Of a DNA stretch of 64,000 nucleotides, positions 21,333 through 30,029 are shown one piece after another. The first letter of the stretch is position 1. Every line of letters starts with the position of its first letter. The position numbers were made by a program, and so were the translations under genes. This DNA comes from an uncultured Desulfobacteraceae bacterium (lineage in GTDB: Bacteria; Desulfobacterota; Desulfobacteria; Desulfobacterales; UBA11574), in NCBI GenBank assembly GCA_964591175.1, contig CAZQAF010000005.1:18256-82255 (forward strand), in the 5' to 3' direction. Below the pieces are notes generated by a model. The model did no database searches. It was not told the DNA's origin and saw only the letters and a list, made by a program, of their open reading frames with translations.

Positions 21333-22082
21333 TTATATCCTGTTGATCATGGACGCCATATAGCCCGCTCCAAATCCATTGTCGATATTGACGACTGCGA
21401 CATTTGAGCTGCAACTGTTCAACATGGCGAAAAGCGCGGTCAAACCGCCGAGGCTGACACCATACCCAACACTGGTGGGAACTGCGATAACCGGCCGGCT
21501 GACCATCCCTGCAACCACGCTGGGTAGAGCGCCTTCCATTCCGGCAACGACAACAAGGACGGATGCTTCCTGAATCAGATTTTTATGGTCAAACAATCGG
21601 TGAATGCCCGAAACACCGACATCAAAAACAGATTCCACCTTGTTTCCCATAACCTTTGCCGTAAGATATGCTTCTTTGGCAACCGGGATGTCCGACGTGC
21701 CGGCCGAGACGACAAGAATAGTGCCTTTCCCCTGTTGGGGGCTGTCATGTTTTTTGCAGACAATCATCTTTGCATCTTCATGATATACAGCCTCCGGAAA
21801 CCGTGAAATTACCCGGGCCGCATGATGCGAATGGATGCGGGTGACCAGTACGATTTTTTCCTGAATCAGCATTTTTTCCATGATGCCGATAATCTGGTCT
21901 GCAGTCTTTTCCAGTCCGAAAATGACTTCAGGAAATCCCTTGCGAAGCGAGCGATGATGATCTATATGTGCGTAATCTAAATCTTCAAATGAAAGATGTT
22001 TAAGCTTTTGCGAAGCGTCCTCGACCGATAGATTCCCCGCGGCAACGCGGTCAAGGAGCTGTTTTAGAGATGCCAGATCCAT
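21333..22082 (-). CDS. larB: NCAIR-mutase-like nickel-pincer cofactor biosynthesis protein LarB
   Basis: 249 aa with a PurE-like core ILVVSAGTSDIPVAKEA ... VVVAGMEGALPSVVAGMVSRPVIAVPTSVGYG, and the LarB-type N-terminal extension. Confidence 0.82.
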   Translation of the reverse strand: MDLASLKQLLDRVAAGNLSVEDASQKLKHLSFEDLDYAHIDHHRSLRKGFPEVIFGLEKTADQIIGIMEKMLIQEKIVLVTRIHSHHAARVISRFPEAVYHEDAKMIVCKKHDSPQQGKGTILVVSAGTSDIPVAKEAYLTAKVMGNKVESVFDVGVSGIHRLFDHKNLIQEASVLVVVAGMEGALPSVVAGMVSRPVIAVPTSVGYGVSLGGLTALFAMLNSCSSNVAVVNIDNGFGAGYMASMINRI

Positions 22083-22206
22083 GATATAATTCCTTTAAAC
22101 AGCATTGATCCGTTGAAATAAAATGGTGGAAAAACCGTTCTGCAATTAGGATATAAGTAACCCAAACCCAGTGAAAGGGTCAACAAAATCTTGATATGGA
22201 GAAAAT

Positions 22207-22935
22207 ATGAAAATTGCCGTCATAATCCCTGCAAGGTACGATTCTACACGATTCCCGGGCAAGCCGCTCAGACTTTTTAATGGAAAACCCATGATACAAC
22301 AGGTCTATGAACGCGTGAGTCTATCCAAAGTCGTAACAGACGTTACCGTTGCCACGGACGATCAGAGAATTTTTAATGTTGTACGTGGTTTTGGCGGCAA
22401 TGCGGTCATGACCGGCAAAGAAAACCGTTCAGGTACCGATCGGGTGGCGGAAGCGGCGGAAACGATGGGGCTCGATCTCGATGATATTGTCATAAACATA
22501 CAGGGGGATCAGCCTAAAGTTCATCCTCGGCATTTACAGGATGTGGTCAATCCATTTAAAACCGAACCCGGCACGAAGATGAGTACGTTGGCATTTAAAA
22601 TTGTCAAGGCGGGTGAAATAACCGATCCCAAGGATTGTAAAGTGACATTTGATCGTAGAGGGTATGCGCTGTATTTTTCCAGATCCCCGATTCCATGCGC
22701 CCGAGATGCCGACACAATTTTTGATACCTACAAACATCTTGGAATTTATGCATATACCAAACGATTTCTAAAAATATTCAGAAACCTTCCTGAAGGAAGA
22801 CTCGAAGCCATTGAAAAACTTGAACAGTTGCGTGCCATCGAATATGGATATCAAATAAAGGTGGTTATTACGGAGCATGATTCTCCGGAGGTTGATCTTC
22901 CGGATGACATATCAAGGATTGAAAAGCAAGATTGA
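22207..22935 (+). CDS. kdsB: 3-deoxy-manno-octulosonate cytidylyltransferase (CMP-KDO synthetase)
   Basis: MKIAVIIPARYDSTRFPGKPL N-terminus and the IQGDQP motif. Confidence 0.93.
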   Translation: MKIAVIIPARYDSTRFPGKPLRLFNGKPMIQQVYERVSLSKVVTDVTVATDDQRIFNVVRGFGGNAVMTGKENRSGTDRVAEAAETMGLDLDDIVINIQGDQPKVHPRHLQDVVNPFKTEPGTKMSTLAFKIVKAGEITDPKDCKVTFDRRGYALYFSRSPIPCARDADTIFDTYKHLGIYAYTKRFLKIFRNLPEGRLEAIEKLEQLRAIEYGYQIKVVITEHDSPEVDLPDDISRIEKQD

Positions 22936-23023
22936 ACAAAATCCTTCTTTCATATAAATCATAGCCATATTCAGGGAATGCGCTCTCCCTGAAAACATAC
23001 AAAATCAGGGCATGGAAATTGAG

Positions 23024-23203
23024 TTATGGCTTTTTCATCTTATCTGCCTTATCCGTCTTGATTAAGAGGCACTCTTGATGAGAGGCGACGCGCACCTTTA
23101 TGGATGGAAGCTGTTTGGATTTAAATCCCATGGCTTTGCAGCCGTGGGGGAATTTTTTATCCCAGGTTACATAATAATATTTGCACTTGTGGCAGTCTAT
23201 CAT
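23024..23203 (-). CDS. Unannotated 59-aa Cys-rich small protein
   Basis: My own translation of the minus strand: MIDCHKCKYYYVTWDKKFPHGCKAMGFKSKQLPSIKVRVASHQECLLIKTDKADKMKKP, with a TAA stop. One residue below the apparent 60-aa ORF-track cutoff. N-terminal CxxC plus two more Cys. Weak Shine-Dalgarno. Confidence 0.45.
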   Translation of the reverse strand: MIDCHKCKYYYVTWDKKFPHGCKAMGFKSKQLPSIKVRVASHQECLLIKTDKADKMKKP

Positions 23204-23336
23204 TTCATCTTGTTGTATTTAAAGGTTGATTTGAAATCGAGTATACATTAGAAATAGGGGGAAATCAAACAATAGTGCCAAGGACGTGTCGAACGGGTAA
23301 TGATTTTTAATGATAATATAACATGGGGGGGATTGG

Positions 23337-23726
23337 GTGAAAGATAGACGAAAATTTTTACGGTTTCCTGTGAGGCTCAGCGCTTGCTATTCAGAAGAAA
23401 ATAAAGAGGATTTGACCCGGCGATGTTCCATTGTCGATATCAGCAGGGAAGGGATGGGCCTCGTTGTGCATTTAGGAGAAAAACTGCCTGCAGGCTGCCT
23501 GCTCCATTTTATAGTGGATGTTCCAGCAAAAAAAAAATCGGTTTCTTTTGACGGGGTTCTGGGTTGGATTGAATTGCTCAAAAAGGATCCGGATTATAAT
23601 TTTAAAGGCGGCATCAGGTTGACCGGCATTGATCCAGAAGACAAATGGGTACTGCTGGATTATGCTTATGAGAGCTGGAAAGAGATACAGGAAGAAAGCA
23701 GCGGCAAAGAGACGTCATCTAAATAG
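23337..23726 (+). CDS. PilZ domain protein (c-di-GMP receptor candidate)
   Basis: GTG start. RRKFLRFPVR (RxxxR) and DISREGMGL (DxSxxG) motifs. Confidence 0.8.
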   Translation: MKDRRKFLRFPVRLSACYSEENKEDLTRRCSIVDISREGMGLVVHLGEKLPAGCLLHFIVDVPAKKKSVSFDGVLGWIELLKKDPDYNFKGGIRLTGIDPEDKWVLLDYAYESWKEIQEESSGKETSSK

Positions 23727-23949
23727 TATAGGTATTTTTCTCAAGGTCTTCGTTTCTTCTTTCCGGTAGAATGCGCCGATCATTTTTCGTGGAAAGCGTT
23801 ACAATAACGCCGTCCCTGATGCCTTGGCGTCGATCCTGCTTGTTTTTGCGTCTTTCCTTGAAAAATGCTTTTTTCCCGTCTTTCTTAAAAGGTTTTCTCC
23901 GGGATCTTTCTTCTTTGGTAGGTTGTATACTCCCAATGACGATATCCAT
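23719..23949 (-). CDS. Small basic protein with DRR/ERR repeats
   Basis: ATG at 23949 is preceded by GAGGAGA. 76 aa containing KERRKNKQDRRQGIRDGVIVTLSTKNDRRILPERRNE. Downstream of cheX on the same strand. Confidence 0.55.
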   Translation of the reverse strand: MDIVIGSIQPTKEERSRRKPFKKDGKKAFFKERRKNKQDRRQGIRDGVIVTLSTKNDRRILPERRNEDLEKNTYTI

Positions 23950-24050
23950 AACTCATTCTCCTCGCATTTTTCCTCCTTTCTTGAGTTTTCGGCATATTTA
24001 GCTCGATACTTTAGCTTTCTATCGGAAAATTTTGATATTTTTTTTAAAAA

Positions 24051-24536
24051 TCATTTTGCTTTATTGTTTTTGTTTTCAAGGCAGACAACAATCGTAAAGG
24101 TTCCGGCGTCGGTATCAAATGGAATGGCGATTTTGGGGCCTTTGGTCGTGGATTCGATTTTATGGTTTTTGCCGGTGATGACCGTGGGGATGGCGCCATG
24201 GAAAAGTCTGCCCATTTCTTCCAGCTCTTTTCTCGCCTGCCCGGAAATCATATTGGTGATTTCTCCCACGGCATCAGAAACTTCTTCGTTTAATTCCTTC
24301 ATTTCTTCCCCGAACATATTAGAAACCACCTTTAATATACAGCGTTCATCAAAAGTAACCGAAACCGCTCCATTTGTTTCGCCGGTGAATCCGATAACGC
24401 CGGAAACATCGCCCCGGGCGACATTGTCTTTTTTGAGATAAGGCTTTCCTGCTTTGCATTTAACGAATGCCATTGTTTGAAGAACATTCATGGTTGCATT
24501 GATAAAAGGATTGATCAGTTTGACATCCATCGCCAT
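24051..24536 (-). CDS. cheX: CheX-like chemotaxis phosphatase
   Basis: 161 aa. The N-terminus MDVKLINPFINATMNVLQTM, plus the ...GEITNMISGQA... block, is typical of the CheX/CheC-like family. Confidence 0.8.
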   Translation of the reverse strand: MAMDVKLINPFINATMNVLQTMAFVKCKAGKPYLKKDNVARGDVSGVIGFTGETNGAVSVTFDERCILKVVSNMFGEEMKELNEEVSDAVGEITNMISGQARKELEEMGRLFHGAIPTVITGKNHKIESTTKGPKIAIPFDTDAGTFTIVVCLENKNNKAK

Positions 24537-24560
24537 CCTCCTTTTTTCACAAGTTCTAGA

Positions 24561-25460
24561 TTAGTTCAGACGTTTTTGGGAGAGATCCTGTTCAATAATC
24601 GTTCCGGGCTTCGGTATACCGCTGTTTGGGGATGATTGGGCTTTGGGCGACGATTTCGTGCTTGTCTGAGTTGATGACGCGCCAGATTCAGGTTTGGCCT
24701 TGCTTTGTTTTTTAGCCGGTGTTTTTTTTATCTTTTCCAGCTTCTTTACCATATTTTCAAGGGATGTTATTCTGTCTTCAAGGTTGTTTGACATTTGACG
24801 GAGCGCCAATTGATAGACTTTTTGTTGATCCTTCAGCGCTGTTCTGTCGGCCTTGGAAGATTTCAAAGAAGAGATATCCGAATTTATTTTTTGCAGATCA
24901 TTTTGGGAACTGTCAATGAATTGTGAAATATGCGTCAATTTTTCAGTTAAAGATTGCTCCAACTTTTTTACGTCCGAAGAAATTTTATTCATGTCCTTGG
25001 GTATCGAATCCAATTTCTTTTCGATGGTGCTTATGGCGCTTTCGGTGTGTTTATTGTCCGATATCCTGGCGGATCTGATGTATTTTATAGCTGTTGTCGC
25101 CGCTTTTGTTTCGGCTTGCAACGACGCGATCGTCTTTTGGAGATCCGCGATCTTTTTACCTGTACTCTCTTCGAGATTTGCCTCTTTAATGGAAAGGGAA
25201 GAAAATCTGGATTCAAGTTCTTTGGAAAGAGATTGGACGCCCATATTGCCCATGGTGTTCATGCTGGAAAGATTTCTTTTTAAATCAAAATAAGCCGCAA
25301 GGATGATGATAACGAACAGACAGGGGATAATAATCGAGATGCGTGTCATTCTTTTGTTTAGTTTTTCGACTTTTGTATCGTCGATTTCTTCTTGAACCTG
25401 AAAATCCTGACTTTCATCATCCATTTGCATCTCAAATTTTTTGGATTCTTTTTCAGTCAT
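24561..25460 (-). CDS. Coiled-coil membrane protein, function unknown
   Basis: 299 aa: acidic N-terminus, one TM helix (ISIIIPCLFVIIILAAYF), long heptad-like Ser/Lys/Glu-rich coiled coil and a Ser/Pro/Lys-rich tail. Confidence 0.65.
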   Translation of the reverse strand: MTEKESKKFEMQMDDESQDFQVQEEIDDTKVEKLNKRMTRISIIIPCLFVIIILAAYFDLKRNLSSMNTMGNMGVQSLSKELESRFSSLSIKEANLEESTGKKIADLQKTIASLQAETKAATTAIKYIRSARISDNKHTESAISTIEKKLDSIPKDMNKISSDVKKLEQSLTEKLTHISQFIDSSQNDLQKINSDISSLKSSKADRTALKDQQKVYQLALRQMSNNLEDRITSLENMVKKLEKIKKTPAKKQSKAKPESGASSTQTSTKSSPKAQSSPNSGIPKPGTIIEQDLSQKRLN

Positions 25461-25466
25461 TTTTAA

Positions 25467-26996
25467 TTATTCCCATTCAATGGTGCTGGGTGGTTTCGAG
25501 CTGATATCGTACACGACTCTGTTAACGCCCTTTACTTCGTTAATGATGCGGTTTGAAATTTTTCCAAGCAATTTGTGTGGCAGTTTCGCCCAGTCGGCTG
25601 TCATTGCGTCTTTGCTGGTCACCGCCCGAATGGCGACAATGTTTTCGTACGTTCGTTTGTCTCCCATGACGCCGACGCTTTTTATGGGCAGCAGCACCGC
25701 AAAGGACTGCCATAATTTTCTATAATACCCGCTGTTTTTGATTTCTTCAAGCAAAATATCGTCCGCATTTCTTAATATTAAAAGCCGTTGGGTATTGATT
25801 TCTCCTATGATTCTAATAGCAAGACCCGGTCCTGGAAAAGGCTGCCGCCATATTAAGTCCGGATCTAGATGTAATGCTTTTCCCAGGAGGCGAACCTCAT
25901 CTTTAAATAAATATTTTAAAGGTTCAATCAGTTTCAATTTCATCTTTTTAGGCAGACCGCCGACATTGTGATGGGATTTAATAACCGATGTGGGGCCACC
26001 GAAAGCGGATTGTGACTCAATAATATCCGGGTACAAAGTCCCCTGGGCTAGAAATTCGGCGCCTTTTATCTTTCCGGCTTCGGTTTCGAAAACGTTTATG
26101 AAGATTTTCCCGATGATTTTTCTCTTTCTCTCAGGGTCGGTTGTTTTGGTAAGTGCTTTTAAAAATTGGGTCTTGGCATTGACAAACCGGATGTTAATCT
26201 TAAGATGTTGTGCAAAGGTTTTTTTGAGCTTTTTTGCTTCATCTTTTCTGAGAAGCCCGTTATCAACGAATATGCAGGTCAGGTTTTTACCGACGGCGTT
26301 GTGAAGTAACAGCGCTGTGACCGAAGAATCGACGCCGCCGCTTAAACCGAGGATAACTTTTTTGTCGCCCACAATGTTTCTGATCTGAGCCACGGAATCT
26401 TTGGCAAAGGATGTCATGGTCCAGGACCGTTTACAGCCACACACGTCAAAGAGAAAGTGGCGCAACATGGTTTTTCCCTTGGCGGTATGGTGAACTTCAG
26501 GATGAAATTGAAGACCGTAAAGAAGTTTTTTAGCGTGAACCGTTGCCGCAATCTTTGTGTTCTCGGTTGAGGCTGTGATTCTAAAGCCCTTTGGCAGCTT
26601 GGAGATGGAATCGCCATGGCTCATCCATGTTGTCGTTTTTCCATGGATCGTTTTAAATAAACCTGCCGGCTCTTTTACTTCCAGCTCTGCAAAACCATAC
26701 TCACGCTTTTTGGCTTTTTCAACGGTTCCGCCCAGCGCATGGATCATAAATTGCATACCATAACAGATTCCCAGAACGGGAATTCCAAGATGAAAAATGG
26801 CTTCGTCGCACTTGGGACTGTCTTTTTCATAAATGCCGGAAGGCCCGCCCGAAAGGATTATTCCTTCAGGATTCAGATTTTTGATTTGATCGATCTCGAT
26901 ATTCGGCGGATCGATTTGACAAAAAACTTTGAATTCTCTGACACGACGGGCGATGAGTTGGTTAAATTGCGAACCAAAATCAATAATCAGTATCAT
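25467..26996 (-). CDS. guaA: GMP synthase (glutamine-hydrolysing)
   Basis: 509 aa with a GATase domain (ILGICYGMQ), PP-loop GLSGGVDSSV and the C-terminal ...PPSTIEWE. Confidence 0.97.
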   Translation of the reverse strand: MILIIDFGSQFNQLIARRVREFKVFCQIDPPNIEIDQIKNLNPEGIILSGGPSGIYEKDSPKCDEAIFHLGIPVLGICYGMQFMIHALGGTVEKAKKREYGFAELEVKEPAGLFKTIHGKTTTWMSHGDSISKLPKGFRITASTENTKIAATVHAKKLLYGLQFHPEVHHTAKGKTMLRHFLFDVCGCKRSWTMTSFAKDSVAQIRNIVGDKKVILGLSGGVDSSVTALLLHNAVGKNLTCIFVDNGLLRKDEAKKLKKTFAQHLKINIRFVNAKTQFLKALTKTTDPERKRKIIGKIFINVFETEAGKIKGAEFLAQGTLYPDIIESQSAFGGPTSVIKSHHNVGGLPKKMKLKLIEPLKYLFKDEVRLLGKALHLDPDLIWRQPFPGPGLAIRIIGEINTQRLLILRNADDILLEEIKNSGYYRKLWQSFAVLLPIKSVGVMGDKRTYENIVAIRAVTSKDAMTADWAKLPHKLLGKISNRIINEVKGVNRVVYDISSKPPSTIEWE

Positions 26997-27139
26997 AGGG
27001 CGCCTCTATTTGTTCTATTGCGTTGCTAAATCATATTAAATATGCTAAATGCGGCCTAAATGTCAACGTATATGTTAAATGCTGATGGATTGAGCGGTTG
27101 CCTTATAGGCGTATCTCCCGGGAAAATGATAATTGATCT

Positions 27140-27937
27140 ATGGCCAAAATAATTATCCAGATTTATGAAGTTCAGACGCCTTCCGAGGCTGAGGAATTAA
27201 TGGATCTCGGCGTCGATCACATCGGTAGCGTGATTGTTTCAAAGGCTTCGTTGAAAATTCCGGCAATCAAAGAGACCATACGCCTGATTCAGGAGAAAGG
27301 CGGCAGAAGCACCTTGATACCGCTGTTTGATGATCTCGATGCTATCTCTTTCATGCTCGATTATTACGAACCTGACATCGTGCATTTTTGCGAAGTTATA
27401 ACCCTCGGAAACGGTCTGCGCGATTCCTGTAAAAGACTTGTTCTGATGCAAAAAAGCATAAAAAATAGATTTCCGGGGATAAAAATCATGCGTTCCATCC
27501 CGATTTCTCAATTCAAGAATCCGGCGTGGGGAGAAACCTTTGAATTGGCACGCTTGTTCGAACCGGTCAGCGATTATTTTTTAACGGACACCCTGCTTGC
27601 AAATCCATCGGGCTCTGTTTATGACCTTCAGCCGGTCAAAGGTTTTGTCGGTATTACCGGCCAGGTATGTGATTGGGACACGGCGGCAAAGCTGGTTCAG
27701 TTCAGTTCTGTTCCCGTGATATTGGGCGGTGGCATTCGCCCCGGCAACGTATTTAACGGCATTTTACATGTCATGCCGGCAGGCGTCGATAGCTGCACCG
27801 GAACCAATGCCGTGGACGCCAAGGGACGTCCGATTCGGTTCAAAAAAGACCTTTTGAAGGTAAAACATCTGATTGAAGAGGTGAGAAGGGCGGAAAAAAT
27901 GTTGGACACGAAAATATTGGACACGGATGAACACTGA
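27140..27937 (+). CDS. Phosphoribosylanthranilate isomerase-like (TrpF family) protein, divergent
   Basis: GITGQVCDWDTAAKL and VILGGGIRPGNV...PAGVDSCTGTN resemble the TrpF phosphate-binding motifs. No other trp genes are nearby. The last ~11 codons run into a REP-like palindrome. Confidence 0.55.
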   Translation: MAKIIIQIYEVQTPSEAEELMDLGVDHIGSVIVSKASLKIPAIKETIRLIQEKGGRSTLIPLFDDLDAISFMLDYYEPDIVHFCEVITLGNGLRDSCKRLVLMQKSIKNRFPGIKIMRSIPISQFKNPAWGETFELARLFEPVSDYFLTDTLLANPSGSVYDLQPVKGFVGITGQVCDWDTAAKLVQFSSVPVILGGGIRPGNVFNGILHVMPAGVDSCTGTNAVDAKGRPIRFKKDLLKVKHLIEEVRRAEKMLDTKILDTDEH

Positions 27938-27972
27938 TTGTTAAGATATCAATTATCAGTGTGCATCGGTGA
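27921..27972. repeat. REP-like imperfect palindrome at a gene 3' end
   Basis: ACACGGATGAACACTGAT (27921-27938) pairs with ATCAGTGTGCATCGGTGA (27955-27972): an 8-bp perfect inner stem, then 4-bp and 3-bp segments after single mismatches. The loop is 16 nt. The TGA stop of the upstream ORF lies in the stem. Confidence 0.45.
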
Positions 27973-28011
27973 AAATCTGTGTCCCACAATTGAATAAGGA
28001 GTTAAATATTT

Positions 28012-28575
28012 ATGTATACCAGCAGCGATTTGAGAAAAGGTCTTAAAATCGAGATCGAAGGAGACCCCTACGTGGTGGTTCAGTATGAGTTTTTCAAGCC
28101 CGGTAAAGGAAAGTCGTATTACAAGTGCAAATTGAAGAATTTACTGACCGGCGCTCAGTTCGATCGAACCTTCAGGGCCAGCGACAAGTTTGAAGAACCC
28201 CCCCTGGAAGATCATGAAATGGAATATTTGTATTCGGACATGGACCAGTATTGTTTCATGAACACATCGACCTATGACCAGATCTTTCTCACAAAAGATC
28301 AGGTAGGAGATGCCATTCATTTTTTGATAGAGAATACGAAGTGTAATGTTCTTTTTTTTAAAGGAAATCCAATCGAAATTTCCCTGCCGATTTTTGTGAA
28401 TCTAAGAATTGAGAAGGCGGAACCCTGGGCTAAAGGAGACACTGCTTCGGGCAGCACAAAGCCGGCAACGCTGGAGACTGGATATGTAATTCAGATTCCC
28501 CCATTTATTGATGAAGGTGAAATGGTACGAATCGATACCCGAACCGGCGAATATGTGGAACGGGTAAAAGAATAA
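28012..28575 (+). CDS. efp: Translation elongation factor P
   Basis: 187 aa. LRKGLKIEIEGDPYVVVQYEFFKPGKGKSYYKCKLKNLLTG is a canonical EF-P N-terminus. Confidence 0.95.
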   Translation: MYTSSDLRKGLKIEIEGDPYVVVQYEFFKPGKGKSYYKCKLKNLLTGAQFDRTFRASDKFEEPPLEDHEMEYLYSDMDQYCFMNTSTYDQIFLTKDQVGDAIHFLIENTKCNVLFFKGNPIEISLPIFVNLRIEKAEPWAKGDTASGSTKPATLETGYVIQIPPFIDEGEMVRIDTRTGEYVERVKE

Positions 28576-28602
28576 AACAATCAAATAGGGTTGGGTCGAG
28601 TT

Positions 28603-29823
28603 TTATAGTTGTTTCTTGATACTGTATTTCTTTATCCGGTTTCCGTCCATCTCTTCCACGGTGACAATAAAGTTTCCCAGGGTGATTTGTTCTTTTTCAA
28701 CGGGAATCCTGCCGATGGTATTTAAGACATAACCGGAAAAAGTGTCGTAATCTTTTGACTCTGGGATCTCCATCCCTATGATATCATTGATCTCGTCGAT
28801 ATCCGATTTTCCGAGAACGATCCAATCTTTGACTTTATGTTTGACAATGTGCGGCTCTTCCTTGTCTGTTTCGTCGCTGATTTCCCCCACAAGTTCTTCC
28901 AAGGCATCCTCGAGCGTGATGAGTCCGGATACGCCGCCATGTTCATCTACAACAATGGCCAGATGGTGTTTTCTTTTTTTGAACTGATGAAGCAGCTTAT
29001 CCAGTTTTTTATTTTCCGGAACAAAATAAGGAGCTGTCATAGTTGTGCGGACGTCAATATCGTTGTCGGAAGTAATGATATGTAAGAAAAGATCTTTTAT
29101 GTTCAAAATGCCGATGATATGGTCAACATCGCCTTCAATAACCGGAATTCTTGTAAAACCCGATTCAATGATCTTTTCAAAGTTCGGTTTTTCATCGGCA
29201 TCGATGACGAACATGTCTCCTCTCGGCGTCATGATCTCTGAAGCATTGGTGTCATCGAACTCGAAAATATTGTGGATCAGTTCTTTTTCTTCTTCTTTAA
29301 TTTCACCTTCTTCTTCAACAACTTCGACAAAAGTCATCAGTTCTTCCTCGGTGACCGTGGGCGTTTTTTTGATTTTTCCGGTGAGCTTGGGAATAAAATT
29401 TAAGAAAATAAGAATCGGATAACAAATAACCGAGAACCAATAGATGGGATATATGGTCATTCTCGCAATGAGAACATTATTTCGTGTGGCGATGGATTTC
29501 GGCAGCACTTCTCCGAAAACAAGAATTAAAAAAGTCATGACGCCGGTTGCAACGCCAACCGCATAATTTGTAAAATAATGAATGGCAAGGGATGTCGCAA
29601 GAGCCGCCGCCCCCACATTGACGACATTATTCCCGATCAGGACTGTGGAAAGGAGTCGATGCGGATCATCTTTCATCTGTCTGATCAGGATGAAAGCCTT
29701 GTTATTGTTTTTAGCCAAATGTCTGGCTTTTGTTCGACTGATGGAGAAAAGGGCCGTTTCCGCTGATGAGAAAAAACCGGACAGAAAAAGCAACACTATC
29801 AATACAATAATTTGGTTTATCAT
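28603..29823 (-). CDS. CNNM/CorB-type transporter (DUF21 + CBS pair + CorC_HlyC domain)
   Basis: N-terminal DUF21 with FFSSAETALFSISRTK, a central CBS pair and a C-terminal transporter-associated domain. Confidence 0.88.
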   Translation of the reverse strand: MINQIIVLIVLLFLSGFFSSAETALFSISRTKARHLAKNNNKAFILIRQMKDDPHRLLSTVLIGNNVVNVGAAALATSLAIHYFTNYAVGVATGVMTFLILVFGEVLPKSIATRNNVLIARMTIYPIYWFSVICYPILIFLNFIPKLTGKIKKTPTVTEEELMTFVEVVEEEGEIKEEEKELIHNIFEFDDTNASEIMTPRGDMFVIDADEKPNFEKIIESGFTRIPVIEGDVDHIIGILNIKDLFLHIITSDNDIDVRTTMTAPYFVPENKKLDKLLHQFKKRKHHLAIVVDEHGGVSGLITLEDALEELVGEISDETDKEEPHIVKHKVKDWIVLGKSDIDEINDIIGMEIPESKDYDTFSGYVLNTIGRIPVEKEQITLGNFIVTVEEMDGNRIKKYSIKKQL

Positions 29824-30029
29824 GATGCCTATGGATCTTTTAAAAACTTCAGAAACAAGAGACTAAATCCTTTTGTTAAAGTGCAAATTTCAAAAACATC
29901 CATTGTGAACGGGTCTTTATTTCTCTTGCAAACCAGATGGCGTCATGCCATATGGAATGAAACTATAATATATGCAGATTTTTCATTTTTCAAGTCAATA
30001 AAGCAAGATGAACGCGATTTATAGCAAAT

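Noticed and set aside
22971-22992. Stem-loop TCAGGGA-N8-TCCCTGA after kdsB as a rho-independent terminator.
   Set aside because: The 7-bp stem is real, but neither strand has a following U-tract. Left uncalled.
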